This document shows positions 7,355-13,093 of a stretch of DNA of 13,093 bases, one piece after another. The notes under the pieces are model-generated. The model was not told where the DNA came from, searched no databases, and saw only the letters and a program-made list of their open reading frames with translations. The DNA comes from an uncultured Gemmatimonadota bacterium (GTDB lineage Bacteria > SM23-81 > DAOVCL01), in the NCBI GenBank assembly GCA_964626665.1, contig CAZVGK010000052.1:1-13093 (forward strand), in the 5' to 3' direction. The translations under genes and the position numbers were made by a program. The first letter of the stretch is position 1, and each line of letters opens with the position of its first letter.

Positions 7355-8093
7355 TGAATCTCCTTTCTCCTTTGATTGCCTTTTGGGCCGCCAAGAGGTT
7401 AGCCTCTAAGTAGGAGTCAACGGAGGCCCCGGCATCTGCCCACCATCCCTTTAAAAAGTCAACCTCCATTTCCCCTTTCCTGATATACTGGTTGTTCACA
7501 TCGCTGATCTCCAACTCCCCGCGGGAGGATGGCTTCAGCCCTTTAATGATCTCAAACACCTGGGGGTCATATAGGTAGACCCCAGTCACCGCATAATCGG
7601 ATGGTGGCGGAGAGGGCTTCTCCTCCACCCTCACCAACCTCTTCCCCTCCAAGACAGCCACACCATAGTTCTGGGGTTCTTGCACCCTCTTTAAGAGAAT
7701 GCGCGCCCCCTTCTCCTGCCTCTTGAACTTCTCCACGGAGCTAACTATCCCCTTTTGCAGGATGTTGTCCCCTAAGATGACCACAATCTTACCCCCTGCG
7801 GAGAAGTTTTCGGCCAGGCCTATTGCCTGGGCAATGCCCCCCTCCTGCTCCTGATAGGCATAGTTCAGATGACTTAAGCCAAACTCCCGGCCATTCCCCA
7901 AGAGCCGCAGGAAATCCCCCGCGTTGTTTCCCCCGGTAACCACCATTATCTCGGTTATCCCGGCCTCCACCAGGGTTTGGATGGGGTAATAGATCATCGG
8001 ACGGTCGTAGATGGGAAGGAGATGTTTGTTGGTGATCTTGGTAAGTGGATAAAGCCTGCTCCCCTTCCCCCCGGCCAGAACCACTCCCCTCAT
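7338..8093 (-). CDS. Sugar-1-phosphate nucleotidyltransferase (RmlA/SpsI-like, short form)
   Basis: GVVLAGG.GSRL.PLT...NKHLLP.YD.PMIYYP, LGDN, EEKP, AVTG.Y.YD, RGELEISD motifs. Confidence 0.92.
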   Translation of the reverse strand: MRGVVLAGGKGSRLYPLTKITNKHLLPIYDRPMIYYPIQTLVEAGITEIMVVTGGNNAGDFLRLLGNGREFGLSHLNYAYQEQEGGIAQAIGLAENFSAGGKIVVILGDNILQKGIVSSVEKFKRQEKGARILLKRVQEPQNYGVAVLEGKRLVRVEEKPSPPPSDYAVTGVYLYDPQVFEIIKGLKPSSRGELEISDVNNQYIRKGEMEVDFLKGWWADAGASVDSYLEANLLAAQKAIKGERRFSEFKR

Positions 8094-9100
8094 TATTTCC
8101 CTTCCCCTAACCTGATTGTGGCCTCTGCCTGGAGATCAAGGCCATCAGCCTTCCCCCTCTGCAGATAAAATAGACCACAGGCAGCCACCATAGCGCCATT
8201 GTCCGTGCAGAGGAGGGATGGGGGGTAACTGACCTCAAGGCCCCTCCTTTCCCCTTCCACGGTCAACCTTCGCCGCAGAAGGCTGTTAGAGACCACCCCT
8301 CCCGCTAAGACAATCCTTTTGGTGTGGGTGCGGCGGGCTGCCTTCAGGCATCTCTCCGTAAGCACATCGACCACCGCTGCCTGGAAGCTGGCACAGATAT
8401 CCTTTAACCTATCCTCAGTTTCCTGAGGCCCAATCTCCTCCAAGTAATTGAGCACCGCGGTCTTCAGGCCACTGAAGCTGAAGTCAAAACCATCGTCGAG
8501 CCAGGCGCGAGGGAAATGGTGATAGCGGGGGTTACCCTCTGCCGCCAATTGGTCGATCCTCTCCCCCCCGGGGTAACCCAGGCCAAGCATCACCGCCACC
8601 TTGTCAAAGGCCTCCCCGGCGGCATCATCCCTGGTCTGGCCCAAAAGCTGGTATTCCCCGAGCTGGGGGATGAAAAGAAGCTGGGTGTGGCCCCCTGAGG
8701 CTATCAGGCAGACAAACGGCGGGGAGAGTTGCGGGTTTTCGATGAAGTTGGCAAAGATATGACCTTCCAAGTGGTTAACCCCCACAATAGGAACTCCCAG
8801 CGAATAGGCCAACCCTTTGGCCACCCCCAGGCCAACCAAAAGGGAACCAATTAGCCCCGGCCCGCGGGTAACCGCTATCCCCCCCACCCCCTTAAGCCCA
8901 ACCCCTGCTTCCCGGAGGGCTTTCCTGATCACCGGCAGGATGAGTCTTAAGTGGGCGCGGGAGGCCAGCTCGGGGACCACCCCCCCAAACTTCTCGTGCA
9001 TCGGCTGCGAAGAGATGACATTGGAGAGGACCTTATAGCCATCAGTAATTACCGCGGCAGAGGTCTCATCACAGGAAGACTCAATCCCCAGCACTTTCAT
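8093..9100 (-). CDS. tsaD: tRNA N6-adenosine threonylcarbamoyltransferase TsaD
   Basis: LGIESSCDETS, GGVVPELASRAH, HLEGH, SGGHT, DDAAGEAFDK, FSFSGLKT, CTDNGAM motifs. Confidence 0.98.
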   Translation of the reverse strand: MKVLGIESSCDETSAAVITDGYKVLSNVISSQPMHEKFGGVVPELASRAHLRLILPVIRKALREAGVGLKGVGGIAVTRGPGLIGSLLVGLGVAKGLAYSLGVPIVGVNHLEGHIFANFIENPQLSPPFVCLIASGGHTQLLFIPQLGEYQLLGQTRDDAAGEAFDKVAVMLGLGYPGGERIDQLAAEGNPRYHHFPRAWLDDGFDFSFSGLKTAVLNYLEEIGPQETEDRLKDICASFQAAVVDVLTERCLKAARRTHTKRIVLAGGVVSNSLLRRRLTVEGERRGLEVSYPPSLLCTDNGAMVAACGLFYLQRGKADGLDLQAEATIRLGEGK

Positions 9101-10037
9101 CCCTGCTCACCACTTTAAATTTTTCCGGACTCATCTTTATCAGCCTCATGGTTGGGGGAAGAAGGACTTTAGCGGTGAGGTTCTCCTTGCCCTTTATCCA
9201 GATCTGTCTGTAATCAACGGTTGCCTTAATATCTTCCTTCTTTAACCCCTGAATAAATTTCTCCCCCCCCACAACGGTAAGGTCCACCAGGGCCGGCTCC
9301 AACCCCTTGGAAGTGGGGGAGTGGGTTAGCTCTACCGGGACCCCATTTATCTGGCGCGTAACTTCCCTTTGGATATCGGCGAAGATGCTCACCGATGGGG
9401 GGAGAACCTCTAAATTGGGAAGCGGAGAGATAACCTTTACCACCTGGCTAATGGGGGTCTTCACCTCTAAGAGCTCCAGCCTCTCCGTCTCCACGGAGCT
9501 AACCCTCCTCACCTCCTGGGAGGGGCCACTGATCATCACCTGGGAAGGGGTAAGGGTTATCCTCCCAATTTGGATATAGCCCGGGGCTGGTTTGGCCTCC
9601 ACCCGGGAGACCACCCGCACCTTCTTGCTTATATACTTGTCTATCCTCAGCTTAAGGCTACGGGGGGAGACGACCTCCACCACCCCGGAGAGCTCACCAG
9701 AGGAGGCCTGCACATCCTTGGGGGAGAGCTTGTATTCCAGTTTCCCCTGTTTTGCCCCTTCCAGGTCAGCGATTATCCTTAACTTTTTGAAATAAAAGCC
9801 AATGAGGCTTTTCCCCTTAGCCCTTATCTTGATCTTCACCTCTGCCGGCGGAGGTTCCACCAGGGTCAGGTCTGAGGGTAGATGTTCAACTATCAAGGGG
9901 ATCTGATAATCTACTTCATAAACCTTCTCAGTAGCCACATGGAACCAGACAAGCAGGGCTAAGAGGATTGCCCCTACTTTGGTCCCTATATTCTGAAATA
10001 TCTTCCTACTCATTTTTGGTCTCGTGGATGAGGCCAT
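9081..10037 (-). CDS. YbbR/CdaR-like membrane-anchored repeat protein
   Basis: N-terminal TM helix (KVGAILLALLVWFHV) followed by about three beta-rich repeats with P..V.I.G(P) motifs. Alternative start at 10013. Confidence 0.8.
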   Translation of the reverse strand: MASSTRPKMSRKIFQNIGTKVGAILLALLVWFHVATEKVYEVDYQIPLIVEHLPSDLTLVEPPPAEVKIKIRAKGKSLIGFYFKKLRIIADLEGAKQGKLEYKLSPKDVQASSGELSGVVEVVSPRSLKLRIDKYISKKVRVVSRVEAKPAPGYIQIGRITLTPSQVMISGPSQEVRRVSSVETERLELLEVKTPISQVVKVISPLPNLEVLPPSVSIFADIQREVTRQINGVPVELTHSPTSKGLEPALVDLTVVGGEKFIQGLKKEDIKATVDYRQIWIKGKENLTAKVLLPPTMRLIKMSPEKFKVVSRDESAGD

Positions 10038-10044
10038 CTCTCTT

Positions 10045-10236
10045 TTACTTGTAAGATTGTCCTATAGTTTTCCCTAAGCTTATCTCACCATTGTCTATCC
10101 TCACATTGAAACCACAGTCAGGATTGGTACAGACCCAAGCCTTATACTGTATGGATGCGCCATCCCTCCCATAATCGGAGAGAGGCACCAGGACACCTTT
10201 CCCGCATTTTAAACATTCTGGGAATTTAATATCCAT
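10045..10236 (-). CDS. Small Cys4 zinc-ribbon-like hypothetical protein (63 aa)
   Basis: Strong SD (GGAGGAGG), fills the gap between nfi and the YbbR-like gene, CxxC...CxxxxC pattern. Confidence 0.8.
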   Translation of the reverse strand: MDIKFPECLKCGKGVLVPLSDYGRDGASIQYKAWVCTNPDCGFNVRIDNGEISLGKTIGQSYK

Positions 10237-10253
10237 AACACTTCCCCTCCTCC

Positions 10254-10949
10254 CTATTGTTTGGCCTCATCCACGAAATTTTTCCTCAATAGGTTGGCTG
10301 CCCGATGAGCAGCCCTCAATGGCTCAGGCAGCCTATATCCCTTAGCCGCGCCAAGGACTACCTCAATGGCCACCTCTAAGCTCACCTTATACCCGGGGGA
10401 GACCCAGAGGGGCTTCACCCCATCCCTTGTCCTTAGAATAGCTCCGATAGGCTTATCCCCCTGCAAAAGGGGAGAGTACTGACCTCTCCTCCTCGGAGGG
10501 GGTTCCCCCTCCCCCCAAAGCCGTGATTTAGCACAACCAATGGTGGGTAGATCCAGCTCTATCCCCAGTTGGGTAGCCAAACCCACCCCCCGGGGATGGG
10601 CAATCCCTTGGCCATCCAGAAGCATTATGTCCACCCCAGTGGAGAGCTGGTGGTAAGCCTCCTTGATCACCGGCCCCTCCCTGAAGGCCAAAAGGCCAGG
10701 GATATAGGGATAACCTGTTCTCCTCACCGCTCCCACTTCCTCTAACCCCACCAGCTCCGGGTAGCTGAAGACGGCCACAACCCCAAACACCCATCCCTGG
10801 TAATAGGAGACATCGGCTCCGGCTATCCTTTTAATGGCCTTTCCCTCCCAGCGCAGGGAGACATTTTCCCTTAGCTTTTCCTGAATGGCTATAGCCACTT
10901 GAGGGGTGAGCTTCAAATCAACTCCTGGGCCCCTATCCTCTGGCTCCAT
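10254..10949 (-). CDS. nfi: Endonuclease V (deoxyinosine 3' endonuclease)
   Basis: GADVSY, PYIPGLLAFRE wedge, DGQGIAHPR, IGCAKS, RLPEP.R.AH motifs. Exact start uncertain. Confidence 0.95.
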   Translation of the reverse strand: MEPEDRGPGVDLKLTPQVAIAIQEKLRENVSLRWEGKAIKRIAGADVSYYQGWVFGVVAVFSYPELVGLEEVGAVRRTGYPYIPGLLAFREGPVIKEAYHQLSTGVDIMLLDGQGIAHPRGVGLATQLGIELDLPTIGCAKSRLWGEGEPPPRRRGQYSPLLQGDKPIGAILRTRDGVKPLWVSPGYKVSLEVAIEVVLGAAKGYRLPEPLRAAHRAANLLRKNFVDEAKQ

Positions 10950-12085
10950 CTTTTGTAGTCTCGCAGGGTAAAGCTCCTCCGGGTATTCTCTTCCTTCCCC
11001 ATAGCCAGCTCCTTTATCCCACAGATGGGATTCTTACAGGTAAGACAGGCCCCGCTGCATTTTGCCGCCGGCTGGAAAAGCCCATCCCTTTTTACATAGA
11101 TGGGGATATCTATCCCCTCGCAGTTGGTTGAACTCATAAACTCGCGGTTCAGCCCTATCGGTTTCCCCTCCCGCACCTCATATTCCATACAAAGGGCAAA
11201 GGTAACCCCATATTTATCACAGATTTCCCTGAGCTTGCCGAATACAAGCCTGCGATAGCCAATGCGCGCCTGCAAGGAGTTGCCAATCCTCTCCTTATAG
11301 AGCCTCCTCAGATCATACCCGGCCCCCAGGGAGGAAAACTTCTCCCACATCCCCTTGGCCATATTCAGGGGGATATCCAAAATGCTGGCCACTATATGGT
11401 TGGCTCCAGAGCTCACCGCCCGGCGCACCAACTCCTCCAATTCTTTATAACTATCGGTGAGAAAGGGGATGATGGGGTCAATCCTACAGACGGAGTGGAG
11501 CCCGGCCTTGGCCAATCTCGTGAGGTTATCAAAGAGCTCTTCAGTGGTTGCCCCCTCCTCCATCAGGTTTTGCCTCAACCCCTCATTAAGGGTGAGAATG
11601 GACACCTGCCCAAACGAGTGTTTCTGGAGCCTGAGAAGCTCTATGGCCTCCTGGGGTATGGGGGCCTTGGTGATAAACTCAATTGGTATATTTCTCCGCA
11701 CAAACTCCTTGATTATCTTCAAGGAGAGGGAGTAATAGGCCTCAATTCCCTGAAAGGGATCGGTCACCGGAGAGAGGTAACCACAACTGGCTACCCTCAG
11801 GGAATCCAACTGTTTGGCCACCTCCTGATCGAAATCTTGGCAAACGGTGATGATCCCCCTTTCCCGGAAGAGCCTGAAGTATCCGGGCAAGGCATGGGCA
11901 TAACAGAAGAAGCAATTTATGGAACAGCCGTTATATGGATTGACAAGGAGCCTTTCCGATGTGCACTCCCTCTTCCCCTCCCACCAACCATGCAGCTTCT
12001 TCTTGGACTGAATTAGAATATGGGGATAAGGGAGAGGGATAACCTCATAGTTCTCCCTACCCCAAAGGAGAAAAGATTGAGCCAT
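10913..12085 (-). CDS. Radical SAM protein, SplB/COG1533-like, with extra C-terminal Cys cluster
   Basis: NPYNGCSINCFFCYA (CxxxCxxC), TDPFQ, ITK, RIDPIIP motifs; C-terminal CSGACLTCKNPIC. Confidence 0.85.
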   Translation of the reverse strand: MAQSFLLWGRENYEVIPLPYPHILIQSKKKLHGWWEGKRECTSERLLVNPYNGCSINCFFCYAHALPGYFRLFRERGIITVCQDFDQEVAKQLDSLRVASCGYLSPVTDPFQGIEAYYSLSLKIIKEFVRRNIPIEFITKAPIPQEAIELLRLQKHSFGQVSILTLNEGLRQNLMEEGATTEELFDNLTRLAKAGLHSVCRIDPIIPFLTDSYKELEELVRRAVSSGANHIVASILDIPLNMAKGMWEKFSSLGAGYDLRRLYKERIGNSLQARIGYRRLVFGKLREICDKYGVTFALCMEYEVREGKPIGLNREFMSSTNCEGIDIPIYVKRDGLFQPAAKCSGACLTCKNPICGIKELAMGKEENTRRSFTLRDYKRWSQRIGAQELI

Positions 12086-12090
12086 CACTA

Positions 12091-12120
12091 AAAATAACCA
12101 AATAACTGTCCGAATGTCAA
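12091..12120 (-). promoter_or_regulatory. Putative sigma70 promoter, probably giving a leaderless mRNA
   Basis: TTGACA (12120-12115), 18 nt, TATTTT (12096-12091), 5 nt, ATG (12085). No SD upstream of the ATG. Confidence 0.6.
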
Positions 12121-12208
12121 CCCTTTTCTCTATACTTTTTGAACCTCATAGTTTGCGGCGAAAGAAAAGGGGGTAGATGGGGTCGGAGACTTAACCAGAT
12201 CTATTCAT

Positions 12209-12339
12209 GACTGCACAGCAAAAAGGGCGAAAAATAAGGTAGCCGCAACCTTTAGGTTGCGTAAGTGATTGATTTATAATAGCTATTTTCGCAGGCTAAA
12301 GCCTGCGGCTACCGATTCTATAGTTTTTGCAGGGGGACC
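12209..12339. mobile_element. MITE-like element containing an inverted GTAG-type REP doublet
   Basis: GGTAGCCGCAACC-TTTA-GGTTGCG (12238-12261) and CGCAGGC-TAAA-GCCTGCGGCTACC (12290-12313). Imperfect outer IR with GCAAAAA/TTTTTGC. Flanked by direct repeat ATTCAT (12203-12208, 12340-12345). Confidence 0.7.
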
Positions 12340-12349
12340 ATTCATAAGT

Positions 12350-12475
12350 TTCCAATGGCTTTATGTAATCTGCTGTGGCTTTGTGGATTGGGGATAACCC
12401 CAGCCCCAAAAGCGAGGTGGTAGAACCCCCGTTCTGCCCCGGTCAGATCAGGAAAGCTGACCGCCCAGCCATTGG
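12350..12475 (+). ncRNA. Unidentified structured element, copy B
   Basis: Closing stem CCAATGGCT/AGCCATTGG encloses hairpins AATCTGC/GTGGATT, TGGGG/CCCCA, GGTAGAAC/GTTCTGCC and GGTCAG/CTGACC; homologous to 5909-6016. Confidence 0.55.
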
Positions 12476-12529
12476 CAATCTGCAGCTACAGGCAGATTCT
12501 TGTGAACAATTCGGACTAATACCCTTCCT

Positions 12530-12560
12530 AAAAAAACCGCCGTGGGGAACCCCACGGCGG
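12530..12560 (-). terminator. Rho-independent terminator of the secreted-protein gene
   Basis: Palindrome CCGCCGTGGGG/CCCCACGGCGG followed by T7 on the minus strand, about 33 nt after the stop codon. Confidence 0.88.
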
Positions 12561-12593
12561 CGGCGGAAGAGAAAACTTGGTAAGCTGCAAAGT

Positions 12594-13093
12594 TCATCGC
12601 AACAAAATCATCCTCTTGGTTGCCTCTTCCCCTTGGGCCTGGATGCGGCAGAAGTAGATACCTGAGGGAAGTCCTCTCGGCTTCCAGGACAAGGATTTGT
12701 AGCCAGCCCCTTGAAATCCATCGAAAAGCGTAGCCAACCTCTGCCCTAAAACATTGTAAATGGTCAACCTGACCAAGCCGGCCTGAGGCAGAAAATACCT
12801 TATCTTCGTTGACGAGTTAAAGGGATTAGGATAGTTGGGAAAGAGGAGCAATCTTTTAGGGAGATATTGAGAAAAAGTAAAATTCACTTCTATAGTTTCA
12901 CCGTTGAAGAGCTCAACCCAAAGGGTGTCAGAAGAAAAAGTATCTATCTGGGCGATAAGCATATAGGGGCCGGGGATGAGATCATCAAGTTGAAACTGTC
13001 CCTCGGAATTACTGTATGCAGAATACGGTTCAATACCATATACCCCCAGTTCCGGAAAAAAAATTGAAAGATTATGGTATATCAAGTAGTTAC
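12594..13093 (-). CDS. Secreted protein with T9SS type A-like C-terminal sorting domain, 5' partial
   Basis: NYPNPFN..T.I.Y.LP..G.V.L.IYNVLGQ...LPSG.YF......KRMILLR, preceded by a prealbumin/carboxypeptidase-regulatory-like segment (SNSEGQFQLDDLIPGPY). The frame stays open to the window edge. Confidence 0.88.
   Translation of the reverse strand, partial: NYLIYHNLSIFFPELGVYGIEPYSAYSNSEGQFQLDDLIPGPYMLIAQIDTFSSDTLWVELFNGETIEVNFTFSQYLPKRLLLFPNYPNPFNSSTKIRYFLPQAGLVRLTIYNVLGQRLATLFDGFQGAGYKSLSWKPRGLPSGIYFCRIQAQGEEATKRMILLR

Noticed and set aside
11396-12016. 206-aa + strand ORF
   Set aside because: Fully antisense to the radical SAM gene, with no motifs.
12350-12475. c-di-AMP, Na+ (DUF1646) riboswitch, SRP or tRNA identity for the structured element
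   Set aside because: Only scattered short matches; core consensus motifs (e.g. CCCGAANCCGUCAGC, T-loop GUUCGA, SRP GGAAGGAAGCAG) are absent.
12500-12516. TTGTGAACA..TCGG also present at 6019-6033
   Set aside because: Only a 9-bp exact match; not a full Rex-type palindrome, and its position relative to the two element copies is inconsistent.
12375-12665. 96-aa + strand ORF
   Set aside because: Crosses the structured element, the terminator and the antisense end of the CTD gene; no coding signal.

Overview
Bacterial chromosomal window with every credible gene on the minus strand. A Por/T9SS-type C-terminal sorting domain suggests an FCB-group or related lineage (inference). Gene order in the direction of transcription: partial secreted protein, terminator, repeat-rich spacer, SplB-like radical SAM, endonuclease V, 63-aa Cys4 protein, YbbR/CdaR-like protein, tsaD, sugar-phosphate nucleotidyltransferase, UDP-sugar dehydrogenase, yebC, a 720-bp spacer full of palindromic repeats, ruvC-ruvA-ruvB, queH, and a tyrosine recombinase. 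Three things stand out. (1) An apparent non-canonical integron platform: an IntI-like integrase with an extra N-terminal domain and no IntI patch, followed in the same orientation by a palindrome array ending in GTTAGGC and a cassette-like RBS/ATG. (2) A group II intron inserted just after that ATG, whose EBS1 pairs with the start-codon region. (3) An unrecognised ~110-125 nt multi-stem element present in two diverged, oppositely oriented copies (5909-6016 and 12350-12475) with compensatory base changes.
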